Of a stretch of 64,000 bases of DNA, positions 48,540 to 59,345 are shown one piece after another. The first letter of the stretch is position 1. Each line of letters opens with the position of its first letter. The position numbers and the translations under genes were made by a program. The notes beneath the pieces are model-generated. The model was given only the letters and a program-made list of their open reading frames with translations, made no database searches and was not told the DNA's origin. The stretch comes from an uncultured Spirochaetia bacterium (GTDB taxonomy: Bacteria; Spirochaetota; UBA4802; UBA5368): contig CALEGE010000002.1 in NCBI GenBank assembly GCA_937877025.1, forward strand, positions 41,189 through 105,188. Direction: 5' to 3'.

Positions 48540-50732
48540 ATGGAAGCAGCGATAAAAAAAACCTACCACTCAATTAAGATTGGGCCAATGATCGCATTTA
48601 GCGTTTGCGCGATAATGATGGGAGTTTCTCCGGCTATTGTTAGCGACAGCGCGAAACTGAAAACGGTCATGGTCGCCCCGCCGCTTATGGTCTGCGCGAT
48701 GATTATACTCTATACCAGTGTTCACGCGTTTCTATTGCGGCGGTATAAAGCGATATTCAGCGGGAATTTTAGCGCGGAACGGTTCACTGACGATCTTCAA
48801 TCGAAAATGCGAGCACATCCAAGAATCCTCTATATTCTGAATCTCACACTCTTTTTGAGCACTCCCATTGCCTATGCAATTATTCAATATGCGCGTAATA
48901 TCCCGCCAGACCTCGGCAGCACCGCGGCGACGACATTCTGTGCCCTCGGCCTGGCCATTATATCCGGCAATTATCAATATATTCACATTGGATGCAAGCA
49001 TCATGTCGTTGCCGATCATAGGGGTTTCAGTCTGGATAAAGTAAAACTCAAGTATAAGATTATGCTGCCGGTGATAAGCGTCATTACGTTTCTCATCATT
49101 GTACTGCTGCTTTTTTCATACCGTTACACACGAGAAATGTATTATCCCGTAGCGTCGTATGGTCATCTCAATGAATTGAAGTGGAAAATTGAGCGGCTGC
49201 GTTCGTCTGTGACAGATGGAAATGATGGGGAAGCAAACGCGTTTTATGTACGTGAAATACGGCGGGACGATGTCCTGAACAAGGGGATGTATCTGATCAT
49301 TGACGGTACTGCCCGCGTTGTCGATTCAAACAGCAGCGTCATCGTGGGTAAAAACGCGCTCGTGGAAATTGAAACCGACTGGAAAAAGACCGATCATTTT
49401 GAAAATTCAATTCGCGACGTACTGCGCAACGGCGAAGGGATTACAAACTTTTATCTGAATAGCATAGTCTACTATGCCTCGTATTGCGCGATTCCGGGCA
49501 CAGACCTGCATATCATCCGCGCTGTTGAATCGAGGGCCCTGTGGAAAAATATAAATTCGCTGGTCTATTTCATCGTGGGAATTGGATGGGTGTTCCTTAT
49601 TTTCGTTACCCTGTTCATGCTTTTTGCCGCGGGGAAACGCTTTACGCCTCTTGTCGAGCTGACCACGACGCTTGATCAGGTGTCCAATGGGTATCTCATG
49701 TCTGATATTATTAAAAATTTAAAAAAATACGATGATGGCGATGAAATCAGCCACATGAATATATCTCTAAATAAGATGATCAAGTCGCTCAGGTGGTTCG
49801 GCAGAAAGGTGAAACAGGGGGCCGCCGATCTCAGTGATGTTGCCGGGGTGCTGCAGTCGAACAGTAAAAAAGTAACGTTCGAATCGCAGAATCAGGCGAC
49901 CACGATAGAGGAATTTTCCTCGTCCGTAGAGGAAATTTCATCCTCTATCGAGATGCTTTCGAAAAATTTCAGGCTTCAGCTCAACAAAACGGAAGCGGTC
50001 TTCGCGACGGTCGACGGGTACCTGAAGTCCATGAACGAAATTTCCGGAAGCTCCGCCCGCGCGAGGGAAATAGCGCGCGTTACGTTCGACGCCGCCTCTC
50101 GGATTGAAACAGATATGGGTGTTACCGTTGCGGAGATTCATGCCGTTGAGGAAAGCTCTATAAAAGTCGCTGATACGCTTGGCGTGATTACGGACATATC
50201 AGACCAGATTAATCTGCTCGCGCTGAACGCCTCTATTGAGGCCGCTCGGGCCGGCGACGCGGGCAGGGGGTTTGCCGTTGTCGCCGAGGAGATTGGAAAG
50301 CTTGCCGACAGAACGAGCACTGAAACAAAAATGATCGACAGACTTATTACTGAAAGCGGCGACAAGATTCAAAAAGGCATATTGCACATCAGGCAGATAT
50401 CCGATTCGTTCAGGGACATGTATGCGCAGGTGCGGAACACATCGACGATAATAGAGCATATCGCCGACCTTGCAAAGGCGTTCCTTGAAAAAACCGAGCA
50501 GGTTTTCGCGGACGTCAATGATCTGAAGAACATCTCGAATGAAAATTCCATCGCCGCCGATGAGCAATCGCGTGCAACCCTCGAGATAATGACGGCGATT
50601 GACACCATGAATCAGGCAGTCCAGAGGACGGTGGACAGTATAAGCGAGTTTGACACGATTACGGAGAAGCTGTACAATCATTCCACGGGGCTTGTTGGAA
50701 TTGTCGCGGGGATCAAAACCGAGTCGGCATAG
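48540..50732 (+). CDS. Methyl-accepting chemotaxis protein
   Basis: Multiple N-terminal TM helices, large sensor region, HAMP-like segment; signalling domain with the highly conserved [31 protein letters not shown]. Confidence 0.85.
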   Translation: MEAAIKKTYHSIKIGPMIAFSVCAIMMGVSPAIVSDSAKLKTVMVAPPLMVCAMIILYTSVHAFLLRRYKAIFSGNFSAERFTDDLQSKMRAHPRILYILNLTLFLSTPIAYAIIQYARNIPPDLGSTAATTFCALGLAIISGNYQYIHIGCKHHVVADHRGFSLDKVKLKYKIMLPVISVITFLIIVLLLFSYRYTREMYYPVASYGHLNELKWKIERLRSSVTDGNDGEANAFYVREIRRDDVLNKGMYLIIDGTARVVDSNSSVIVGKNALVEIETDWKKTDHFENSIRDVLRNGEGITNFYLNSIVYYASYCAIPGTDLHIIRAVESRALWKNINSLVYFIVGIGWVFLIFVTLFMLFAAGKRFTPLVELTTTLDQVSNGYLMSDIIKNLKKYDDGDEISHMNISLNKMIKSLRWFGRKVKQGAADLSDVAGVLQSNSKKVTFESQNQATTIEEFSSSVEEISSSIEMLSKNFRLQLNKTEAVFATVDGYLKSMNEISGSSARAREIARVTFDAASRIETDMGVTVAEIHAVEESSIKVADTLGVITDISDQINLLALNASIEAARAGDAGRGFAVVAEEIGKLADRTSTETKMIDRLITESGDKIQKGILHIRQISDSFRDMYAQVRNTSTIIEHIADLAKAFLEKTEQVFADVNDLKNISNENSIAADEQSRATLEIMTAIDTMNQAVQRTVDSISEFDTITEKLYNHSTGLVGIVAGIKTESA

Positions 50733-50774
50733 ATTTCGGTTTATTGCCGCCGGGCCCTGGAAATGGTCGCCTCT

Positions 50775-51467
50775 TTATGCGGAGGTGCCGCTTGTTTTTC
50801 CGATTATCGATATCTTTATTCGAAGTGTTTTCATCGTAAACGAGGTGAACCTGTCGGGCCGTGACTTCAGCAGATCGATTTCGACGATTCTTCCGTGCTC
50901 CACGGGGGGCGGAACAGTAATTTCGAGCATTGTTGTACTTGTGATTCTGCCCACGCCGTGGCACAGGTGGCATTCCGGCTGCTCTCCGTAACAGACGGGG
51001 CAGGCGATACGGGATGGCAGATCGATACAGGCCGCGAATCCGCTTCTGGATTCGCCCGGTGTTATAAAGATCTCTATATCCTGGCCGAATTTGTATATTC
51101 GTTCGCGGTGACGAATCTTTTTGTTCAGCATGCGTGTTTTTAGAAGCTCACTGAGCGACATGGAGTATTTTACCCTCTTTTTCGGGATGATACGGTATCC
51201 GGAAGGACTGAACTGTTTTCCGGAAAAAAGCACCCTGTCGTACTCTCCCCGCGTTGCGTCATCGATGAGTATCTTGTATCCCTTGATGATGAGATCGGCC
51301 TTTTTTCGACCTTCAACCGTGTTTTCGCCGGAGATGTCCGGATGGTAATGTTTAATCAGGCGATAAAACGAAGAGCGGATATCTTCTTTGGCGGCATCCG
51401 AAGGGATGTTGAGAACATCGTAATAATTAATAATGTTGCCGTCTTCGTCGTGAAATAAGACGTTCAT
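50775..51467 (-). CDS. J-domain protein with CxxCxGxG-type zinc finger (DnaJ-like)
   Basis: J-domain YYDVLNI...HYHPDIS; CPVCYGEQPECHLCHGVG zinc finger; lacks the canonical DnaJ C-terminal domains. Confidence 0.7.
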   Translation of the reverse strand: MNVLFHDEDGNIINYYDVLNIPSDAAKEDIRSSFYRLIKHYHPDISGENTVEGRKKADLIIKGYKILIDDATRGEYDRVLFSGKQFSPSGYRIIPKKRVKYSMSLSELLKTRMLNKKIRHRERIYKFGQDIEIFITPGESRSGFAACIDLPSRIACPVCYGEQPECHLCHGVGRITSTTMLEITVPPPVEHGRIVEIDLLKSRPDRFTSFTMKTLRIKISIIGKTSGTSA

Positions 51468-51627
51468 GGGATAACTACCGCAAGCATGTAATGAAAAACA
51501 GTTGTACAATACAATAGTAAAGTACTACATGCGAAAAAACAATACGAAGCAAATGATGGGAACATTTCAAAATGGGCCATATGCCATGCTCATCATGGCC
51601 GTATGCTAATACAGGCAGAGTATCGAT

Positions 51628-52326
51628 ATGACGTCAAATACAAAAAAGGGATTGATTCTGTGCCAGCCCGACGGTCGGCGGGGATGCAGCGCATGCTGCG
51701 GCCTGTTTAATCTGCCCGATATCTCCCGCAGCGCGCTGGCCGGATTCCTTACGGGCGGATGTCAAAGGGCGGCATGCGGTATCAGCGGGGGAGAATATGC
51801 AGCGCACCAGGGTGGCGCGCAGTGCATCAGGGACGGCACAGCCCACGTTTGCCCGTTTCAGGGATTTCTTGATGATGGCGCAAAACCGGGCTGCCTGCTG
51901 CACCCGCTGCACGCCGGAGACGATTACAGAGACAGGTCCCTGTATGGCGCTGTCATCTGCGAGGATTTTTTCTGCCCCGCCCATGTGCTGCTTGACGATG
52001 ACCGAAAGCGCATGCTGCTTGAGTGTGTGAAAGACTGGTACGCCTATTCAATAGCTATTATTGATCCTGCATCGTTCATCTGGATTTATGACAAAGCGAA
52101 AGGACGCGCCCCGGAGCGGATGTACACGCACACCACCTTTTCCAGGGCCGTTACGGGAGCGCTGCTATGCCACGCGGAATTTCTTAACAGGGGGGGCGTT
52201 CCAGTGTTTCATTATTCTGTGTCCGAATACAATCTCCACAAGCATGCCTTTTCTCTTGCGGTGGATTCCGATGCGCGCGCGGCTGAACAATCCGCGGTGT
52301 TAGCCGAGCTTGAGAGGCTACTTTGA
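51628..52326 (+). CDS. Cysteine-rich hypothetical protein (possible YkgJ/UPF0153-like metal-cluster domain)
   Basis: GCSACCG...C.RAAC...C...C cluster near the N-terminus. Motif only partially matches CxxCGxCC. Confidence 0.45.
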   Translation: MTSNTKKGLILCQPDGRRGCSACCGLFNLPDISRSALAGFLTGGCQRAACGISGGEYAAHQGGAQCIRDGTAHVCPFQGFLDDGAKPGCLLHPLHAGDDYRDRSLYGAVICEDFFCPAHVLLDDDRKRMLLECVKDWYAYSIAIIDPASFIWIYDKAKGRAPERMYTHTTFSRAVTGALLCHAEFLNRGGVPVFHYSVSEYNLHKHAFSLAVDSDARAAEQSAVLAELERLL

Positions 52327-53394
52327 TGAATTGGCTTTCTTTACGATTGCGACAACGTCGCGCACCTTCTGCGAGCTGTTTTTATCCATCACGAGGATGT
52401 CGTTTCCGGATTCCACAACCACGATATTCGAAAGACCGACAAGCGCGATTCTCTTACTCTCCGAGAAAACCGAGCAATTCTTTGAATCCACAAGTATAAC
52501 CCGCTCCCTCTCAGGGCTTCGGTTCATGTTCTCGTCGGGGTTCAGAATATCGTCAATAGAGTTCCACGAGCCGAGGTCGGCCCATCCAAAGCTGCCGGGG
52601 ATCACAACGCGTTTTTCCGCCTTTTCCATGATTCCGTAATCGATGGATACGGATTCGAGGGCTGCAAATATGTCTGATTTTACTTTCCAGACGGTTTCGT
52701 CATTGGATTCTATATCGTTCGCACTCATCGCCCGTAATGGCGCGAATGCCGCATAATGCGCCGGCATTAGTTTCTTGAAATTTTCGAGGATGGCGGATGT
52801 TTTCCACACGAAAATACCGCTGTTCCAGAAATAGTTGCCGTCGATGATGTATCGCTTTGCCGTTTCCAGGGTTGGTTTCTCCACAAACATATCCACCGGC
52901 AGCGCGCGGCCCTCGCCCTCAATTGCCTTGATGTACCCGTATCCGGTTTCCGGATATGTGGGCGTTATCCCGATAGTAACAAGGTTGTTTTCTTTCGCCT
53001 GAGCAACGGCGGTTGTGAGGATGTCGATAAATTCTTTTTTTTGCCGTATGTAATGATCGGCCGGAAGAACGATCATTATGGAGTCGTTGTACGCGGAGGC
53101 AAGGAATGTGGCGGCGTACAAGACGGCGGCGGCCGTGTTTTTCGGTGCGGGCTCGGCAAGTATTTTCCCTGGGATCTGCGTTTTTCTTATTTCCTGAAGC
53201 GAGGCTGACTCGTATTTTCTTGACGCGACGATCAGGCACATGTCCGGATGAAGGGGATTAAGCCGTGAAATTGTCTGCTCGAGCAGAGTGCCTTCCCCGG
53301 AAAGATTATGAAACTGTTTTGGTTTGTCCTCTCTGCTGAGGGGCCATAAGCGCGTTCCCGCGCCGCCGGCGAGTATTACCGGTATTATCTCCAT
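52318..53394 (-). CDS. Mannose-1-phosphate guanylyltransferase (nucleotidyltransferase domain)
   Basis: VILAGGAGTRLWPLSRE...KQF N-terminal sugar-nucleotidyltransferase motif typical of ManC/GMP. Confidence 0.8.
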   Translation of the reverse strand: MEIIPVILAGGAGTRLWPLSREDKPKQFHNLSGEGTLLEQTISRLNPLHPDMCLIVASRKYESASLQEIRKTQIPGKILAEPAPKNTAAAVLYAATFLASAYNDSIMIVLPADHYIRQKKEFIDILTTAVAQAKENNLVTIGITPTYPETGYGYIKAIEGEGRALPVDMFVEKPTLETAKRYIIDGNYFWNSGIFVWKTSAILENFKKLMPAHYAAFAPLRAMSANDIESNDETVWKVKSDIFAALESVSIDYGIMEKAEKRVVIPGSFGWADLGSWNSIDDILNPDENMNRSPERERVILVDSKNCSVFSESKRIALVGLSNIVVVESGNDILVMDKNSSQKVRDVVAIVKKANSSK

Positions 53395-53465
53395 TGTAGT
53401 TCTCTTCCCTTTGTAATAAAATGTAATAAAATTTTGCGCTGTAAAATAATATGCTGTTACTGCAT

Positions 53466-54449
53466 TTAGAGTGACAGCGTTCCTTTCTCATCAAATATAA
53501 ATTTCAGCGGCTCTTTTTGCACCTGCTCGGGTAGCCTGATCGACGCATGGCCCTTGAGCGCGAAACTCCCACGACGGTCGTTGAAAAATTGTGTAATGCC
53601 GCCGCTCAATAACTTCGAGCTGAACCGGTTTTTTACTGTTATATACGATTTATCGCCGGCGTTACGGATATCCGAGGTGCTACCCGTGATGAAAGTATCC
53701 GAATTCAAAAACAACTGATAGGACACGCTGTCGAAAGAAATTTTTGATTTTGCCCTGTTCGCAAGTTCGACGACAAAAGAAACAGTAATCGGAATATCGA
53801 TATCCTTCGGATTGAGTTCCCGGCTGGCGCTTTTTTTCCCTGAAAGAATGTCGCCGAACATCGCCGATACGGATTGCGGATCGATGGATTTTCCAGTCGA
53901 GCGGAGCGCATCGGTAATATCCGCAGGCGATGGTTTTTCAACTGTGAAGCGGCTGATCGTGATTTCGGGCTTCACCGCGGGGATTTTCCTTTGTATGCTG
54001 TAGGGGAAAGAATATGTCTCGGGAAAGCCTTGAATTCCTGTTTTCGGGAGCCTCACGATAATTTCACCCGCCGCCTCGCACTCGAGGTAGTCCCGCTCGA
54101 TGTAATTTTTAACGATCTTCTGTAAATCTGAAAATTGTATATTTACAAGGAACTGAGAGATCTCGTTACTGTTCGGCGAAATGCGGACCGCCTTTTTACT
54201 CTCCGTTTCAAAAAGCCGGTTCTTTTCAATGTTCAGTTTGAATCGAACACCGTCCAAGTGAATATTAACCGGGTACGGATTTCGTACCGCTATATTGAAC
54301 AGGAGGGTAATATCGCGGAATGATATCGTATCAATGCTGACTTTTTCTATTGTTGCTTCCGGTTTTTTGTTCAGCAATGACGAATTCATCGACGCGCATG
54401 CGGCGGCGGCAAAAATGACGCACGGTAACAATAGCATATGAATCCTCAT
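53466..54449 (-). CDS. Secreted hypothetical protein with tandem LEA_2/WHy-like beta-sandwich domains
   Basis: Signal peptide MRIHMLLLPCVIFAAAACASM (GAGGTG RBS upstream of 54449). Two repeats of a V.I...........N.N.Y.V...GV.F.L pattern. Confidence 0.5.
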   Translation of the reverse strand: MRIHMLLLPCVIFAAAACASMNSSLLNKKPEATIEKVSIDTISFRDITLLFNIAVRNPYPVNIHLDGVRFKLNIEKNRLFETESKKAVRISPNSNEISQFLVNIQFSDLQKIVKNYIERDYLECEAAGEIIVRLPKTGIQGFPETYSFPYSIQRKIPAVKPEITISRFTVEKPSPADITDALRSTGKSIDPQSVSAMFGDILSGKKSASRELNPKDIDIPITVSFVVELANRAKSKISFDSVSYQLFLNSDTFITGSTSDIRNAGDKSYITVKNRFSSKLLSGGITQFFNDRRGSFALKGHASIRLPEQVQKEPLKFIFDEKGTLSL

Positions 54450-54627
54450 AATGCACCTCGTTTTATACTGATAGTGCCGCATTCCGCGCGGCGCACTGAA
54501 CGGAGTGGACCAAAAAAATGCGCCTGATCTGAAACTGTAAAAGATATTTGACCTTTTTAACACAAGTAAACTATATTTTTAAGCGGATAATTTTCAACAC
54601 AATTAATTATCGAGAGGAAGCTGATCA

Positions 54628-55470
54628 TTGCAGATACATAAAATGGCGCGATGTAACGGCAGATTGATCGCGATCGGCGTGATCTGCGCGCTTTGCGGCA
54701 TGCCGCACAATTCAGCCCTGTATGCCCAGAGGACAAAAACCAGCCTGCGGGCCGGTGAGCAGCGAAAAGCCGAAAAGGGGCTGAAGGACAACCGGTATTT
54801 TTTTTATTTCATAGACTCATCCGTATCGAACTTTGGTTCAGAGGAAGAAAAAAAGCTCTTCAAAGAAGCGATACAGCGCGACGTGCTTGCGCAGCTTTTG
54901 TACATGCGGTTTCAGTTTAAGGAATCATTCGATGAAATTCGCAAATCGCAGAAATTACTTGTGGAGCTGTACGGCATCACCCTGCGGAAAGATATTGCCG
55001 CCGCGAAAAACCTGCTTGATGAAACGGCCCCTGGCGTGATTAACTCAAAGGACGAGAAGGCCCGGACGTACCTGCGCCTTGGCTATAGAAGCATGAAAAA
55101 TGCGCAGACAAATTGCGGCATGGGCGACAACTATCAGGAGCGGCTCTATTCCATGCGTCTTCTGCAATACGTGAAGGCAATCAAGATGGCGAAGGAAGGA
55201 AGGCGCTACGCGTTTCTCGCGATGATTGAATCGTCGATTCCTGAAGTTGAAAAATCGACGCGCCGCATGACGTTTGATTCGATCGAGAAGGAACTGCTTC
55301 GAACGGCCCCCGCCGATAAAACTGAATTGTACCGACAGATTCACAGGGATAATTATTATATCATTACCGGCGGCGCATCGTATTACGATCAGATATGGGA
55401 CAGGCCCGAACTGCAGGATCTGGAAGAATATACACGCTATCTCCAGCACGAACAATACCCGGAAGAGTAG
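54628..55470 (+). CDS. Hypothetical secreted protein (280 aa)
   Basis: Signal peptide; helical; 7-nt gap to the downstream Slt gene. Confidence 0.5.
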   Translation: MQIHKMARCNGRLIAIGVICALCGMPHNSALYAQRTKTSLRAGEQRKAEKGLKDNRYFFYFIDSSVSNFGSEEEKKLFKEAIQRDVLAQLLYMRFQFKESFDEIRKSQKLLVELYGITLRKDIAAAKNLLDETAPGVINSKDEKARTYLRLGYRSMKNAQTNCGMGDNYQERLYSMRLLQYVKAIKMAKEGRRYAFLAMIESSIPEVEKSTRRMTFDSIEKELLRTAPADKTELYRQIHRDNYYIITGGASYYDQIWDRPELQDLEEYTRYLQHEQYPEE

Positions 55471-55477
55471 GAAAGCC

Positions 55478-57772
55478 ATGCGAATACGAAATGGAATAAT
55501 AACGCTGTTGTTCTTTACGGTGTGCTGCTTCAACCGCCCCACGGAAGTTGCCGGACTGTCGGAGCTTGGATTCAATGCCACGCCAGACGCGGTGATAGCC
55601 GCCCTTGAAAAAAACAGCCCCGATGCGGCAAGCCAGTTTATGCTCGGAATGGCGTATAAAAAAAAGGGCATGCTGAAAAAAGGGGTTTTACACTATGCGA
55701 ACAGTTGTTTTGTTTCCCGCCGTGATTATGACATTAAGCTTTTCCCGCAACCCGTGTATCTGTTTGTGCGTGGGTTTGCTATCACATCGCCGTATTACCA
55801 GGACGCGGTTCTTGAAATCGCGAACATTTTTTACCAGTATCGTGAGTATGAGTATGTGATAAAGTTTACCGAGCTTGTGAAAAAACAGAGGAGCGGGGTG
55901 TACCGGGATTCAGTGCTGCTGCGGGCGCGCTCGCTCGCAGAACTCGGCACGTTTGATGAGGCGCTGCGGCAACTGCACGCTTTGCGCGGGATGTTTGACA
56001 ATGCCGATTCAAAAGCGCTTATATTTATTCGCATTGCGTCAGTTTACGAAAAATCGAATGATTACGAGAAGGCGGTGGACGCATATTCTGAAATACTCAG
56101 AATTGACAGCGCAGGCTGGCAGTCGGGCATTGCCGCTGACAATATCATGGCGCTTGTGAATAAAAAAAATATCCAGATTTCACCGGATACCCGGCTGCTG
56201 CTGGCCGCGGCGTTGATCGGGAAAAAAGACTATGCCGAAGCGATTGCGTTGATTGAAGATGCCCGGGCGTTGTGGCATGATGCGAGCGGCGCACAGAGGG
56301 CCGCCGAGTATCTTGTCATGGCGTATGCCGGCAGGGGGGATATTGCGAACGCCGATACAACGATACGCGGATTTGCCCACGATACGGCATTTGCGGAGTC
56401 GCTGGAAAAAACGAAGGCGGATATGCTCTGGGAAACAAAAAAAAGGGGCGCGGCAGCCGTGCTGTACGCGCGGCTTTCGAAAAGTAAAGACCCGGAAATT
56501 GCGAGGAATTCGCTCAGGCGCGCCGCGATGTACGCGGAAGACCGCAGGGTAGCCGGATTCGAAGGGATTTTAGCCGAATACAAGAACACGTATCCTGATG
56601 ATGCGGCATCGGGCTATTTCATATGGCGCCTGGGAAGGGAGTCGGTAAAGAGGGGAAAAAGCGATTCGGCGATTGCGTATTTCGAGGAAGGGTTGTCGAA
56701 ATTTCCCGCCGGCGAATATTCCGACAGGATGCGGTTCTGGATGTATAAGCTGCTCGAGTCCAGCGGGAGGAAACAGGACGCGGAAAAGCAGTTCAAAGAT
56801 ATTGTGACGGTGAATCCCGATTCCACGTATGCATGGACGTTGCTTCACGCGAAGTTAAAGGAGTATGATGAAGCCGCGCTTGCGCGGCAGTTTGAGGAGT
56901 CGCTGGCGGCCCGCGATCTCGATGGATGTATGTTTGCGCATACGCTATTATTTTTGAAAGAAAGAAGTACCGCCCGCCGCAGCAAGCGGCTGCAACGCAT
57001 GCGTCTTCCCGAGAAGGAGCGGTACGACACACTATATCGATCTGTGAAGGATATTACGCTGCGTTCCGCGTACAAGGAATCGCTGCGGGGTATCGAAAAA
57101 TATTTTAAAATAGGGCACAACGAGGGGATTGCCAGGGAGCTTGGCATACTCCCAAATGATACCGCGGCGCAGAATGACAAAAATGTTGCGATCTGCCATT
57201 ACGGAATGAGGCACGATCACAGTTATTATTCGCTGTTTGCGTTGATCGAGTTGATGAAGGCTGTCAATCTGAAGGAGAACATAGCCGTTATGCCCGAAGG
57301 GATGCTGGCATGCATGCTTCCCACGCCATGGGCGGAATGCGTCAAATCAAACGCGTTGGAATATAAACTGGAGAGAAGTTTTATTTACGCGATTGCAAAA
57401 GCCGAATCGCTCTTCAATCCCCGCGCCGTTTCGTCGGCTGGCGCGGTGGGGCTGATGCAGTTGATGCCGGCAACGGCACACGGCGTTGCGCGTGATTTAA
57501 AAATTATCGCCTATGATCTAAAAGATCCATGCACGTCCATACGGTTTGGCGCCCGGTATTTCAAGTTTCTCGACAGGCTTTTCCCCGGCAATCACGATTT
57601 AATGGTTGCGGGGTATAATGCCGGGGCCGGCAACGTGAAAAAATGGATGAAAGAGATGCCGGCTGCCGATCTTGATTATTTTGTCGAGTTCGCAGCGTTT
57701 GAGGAAACACGGTATTATGTTGTCAGGACCCGCAAATTCATGTATCAGTACAGGGTGGTACTCGGCGAATAA
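55478..57772 (+). CDS. Soluble lytic murein transglycosylase (Slt70-like: helical superhelix + SLT domain)
   Basis: C-terminal SLT motifs (ESLFNPRAVSSAGAVGLMQLMPATA, AGYNAGAGNV). Long TPR-like N-terminal region; signal peptide. Confidence 0.8.
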   Translation: MRIRNGIITLLFFTVCCFNRPTEVAGLSELGFNATPDAVIAALEKNSPDAASQFMLGMAYKKKGMLKKGVLHYANSCFVSRRDYDIKLFPQPVYLFVRGFAITSPYYQDAVLEIANIFYQYREYEYVIKFTELVKKQRSGVYRDSVLLRARSLAELGTFDEALRQLHALRGMFDNADSKALIFIRIASVYEKSNDYEKAVDAYSEILRIDSAGWQSGIAADNIMALVNKKNIQISPDTRLLLAAALIGKKDYAEAIALIEDARALWHDASGAQRAAEYLVMAYAGRGDIANADTTIRGFAHDTAFAESLEKTKADMLWETKKRGAAAVLYARLSKSKDPEIARNSLRRAAMYAEDRRVAGFEGILAEYKNTYPDDAASGYFIWRLGRESVKRGKSDSAIAYFEEGLSKFPAGEYSDRMRFWMYKLLESSGRKQDAEKQFKDIVTVNPDSTYAWTLLHAKLKEYDEAALARQFEESLAARDLDGCMFAHTLLFLKERSTARRSKRLQRMRLPEKERYDTLYRSVKDITLRSAYKESLRGIEKYFKIGHNEGIARELGILPNDTAAQNDKNVAICHYGMRHDHSYYSLFALIELMKAVNLKENIAVMPEGMLACMLPTPWAECVKSNALEYKLERSFIYAIAKAESLFNPRAVSSAGAVGLMQLMPATAHGVARDLKIIAYDLKDPCTSIRFGARYFKFLDRLFPGNHDLMVAGYNAGAGNVKKWMKEMPAADLDYFVEFAAFEETRYYVVRTRKFMYQYRVVLGE

Positions 57773-57854
57773 TCGCCGGTTAAAAAATAAATTGCATCGA
57801 ATGACGGATGTACGAATATAACAGGTATATATATCGTTCTGTGGAGAGCATGAT

Positions 57855-58547
57855 ATGAAAAAGACAATGTACGTGATAGCATTCGTTTTTCTTGCATCAA
57901 CCGGAGCTTTCGCGGCGGATGTAATCGGAAAAGTTTCCTCGATAATCGGCGATGTCGATTTAACAGCAATTACCACCGGCAATAAAATTGTCCCGCGTGT
58001 CGGCACGCCCCTGACGGATGACCACAAGATACGAACGGGTAATCGTTCGTATTGCGAACTGCTGCTCAATGACGGCACAAAGATATTCGTACGAGAAATA
58101 ACTGTTTTAAACATTACGGGCCTGAAGTTAGTAGAAACCGACCCCCCGACAAAGATGCGTGTGCTGACGGGGAAGGTGAGAATTACGATGAAAAAGGCGT
58201 TCAAAAGCAGAACGCTTGTATTGCGCACCCCGACCGCAATCGCCGGCGTGAGGGGAACCGACTTTGGAGCAATCGTCAGTAAAACAGAAACGAGGCTCAT
58301 TGTTTTCGAAGGGGCCGTGGATGTAGCGAATACGGACAGGGAGATTCTTAAGTCGTATATTGTGAAGGAAAAAGAGGAAGTGAGCGTAAAAAAGGATGCG
58401 CCGCCGACAGTACCGCGAATTGTCCCGAGAGATGTAATTGAAAACTGGTTTGATTATTACGAGATAGACGGGAAAAACCGTATCATTATAAAATCCAGAA
58501 AGGAAGAAGGAATCATTGATACTATCCTCAGGAAAAAAGATTTCTGA
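57855..58547 (+). CDS. FecR-domain protein
   Basis: Signal peptide; FecR-like core (SYCELLLNDGTKIFVREITVL...TPTAIAGVRGTDF). Confidence 0.7.
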   Translation: MKKTMYVIAFVFLASTGAFAADVIGKVSSIIGDVDLTAITTGNKIVPRVGTPLTDDHKIRTGNRSYCELLLNDGTKIFVREITVLNITGLKLVETDPPTKMRVLTGKVRITMKKAFKSRTLVLRTPTAIAGVRGTDFGAIVSKTETRLIVFEGAVDVANTDREILKSYIVKEKEEVSVKKDAPPTVPRIVPRDVIENWFDYYEIDGKNRIIIKSRKEEGIIDTILRKKDF

Positions 58548-58559
58548 TTACGTTGTGCC

Positions 58560-59345
58560 GTGAAACTTCATGCGTTACTTACTACCCTTTGTGTTGTATG
58601 CTGCGCGTCTTCGGCGTGCACGAAGGCGGCGTTTATTTCCAGGGATGATCGCGAAAAAGTAAAATCGTTGATTTCACTCTACGCGAGCGGGAACTGGGAG
58701 GTGCGCCGAAAAGCGGTGCAGCGGCTTTCGGAATACCCATCGACAAAGGCGGAAAAGGCGGTCATCGCCGCGTGTGATGATCCGCATTCTCTGGTCAGAA
58801 TTGATGCGGTGAAGGGACTTGCCAGATATTCCTCATATGAAGCAAAAAACAAAATCAGGACGATTGCCGATAACGATGCGGACAACAATGTCAGATGGAG
58901 CGCGTTGACGGTGCTTGCCTCGTATCGTGATCCGTCAGCGGCTCCGGTCTTCGTAAAGGGGCTGTCCAGCGGCGACTGGCTTATCCGTGAAGAATCTATC
59001 AGGGGATTACTGATGATAGATGATTTCGCGGTGCGATATTTTTCGATCCCGTATGTTATACAGGCGTTCAATGACAGCAGTATCAACGTGCGAATGGCGG
59101 CGATAAAGAATATAAAAATACGGGATCACAGGATTTACATGGAATTAGTACGGATGCTGGATGATTCGATGCTCAGAAAAAATACGCTTTTAAAGGTTGT
59201 TCTGGGTGCGTTGGATGGGTATACGCTGGACGTCTCGACAAGAAAAAAAATCATCACCCTCCTCACTCATTCGAATGTAGAGGTGCGCCTGCTCGCACTC
59301 AGGGTGCTGAAAAAGGACGACAAATTGAAAAAGGAACGGCGGTAG
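58560..59345 (+). CDS. HEAT-repeat (PBS-lyase-like) protein
   Basis: Repeated AxxDxxxxVRxxAxxALxxI units (DPHSLVRIDAVKGLARY, DNNVRWSALTVLASY, SINVRMAAIKNI, NVEVRLLALRVL). Confidence 0.65.
   Translation: MKLHALLTTLCVVCCASSACTKAAFISRDDREKVKSLISLYASGNWEVRRKAVQRLSEYPSTKAEKAVIAACDDPHSLVRIDAVKGLARYSSYEAKNKIRTIADNDADNNVRWSALTVLASYRDPSAAPVFVKGLSSGDWLIREESIRGLLMIDDFAVRYFSIPYVIQAFNDSSINVRMAAIKNIKIRDHRIYMELVRMLDDSMLRKNTLLKVVLGALDGYTLDVSTRKKIITLLTHSNVEVRLLALRVLKKDDKLKKERR

Noticed and set aside
57599-58300. 233-aa - strand ORF overlapping the FecR gene
   Set aside because: The + strand FecR-domain gene has a signal peptide, RBS and a domain match. The - strand frame has none of these.
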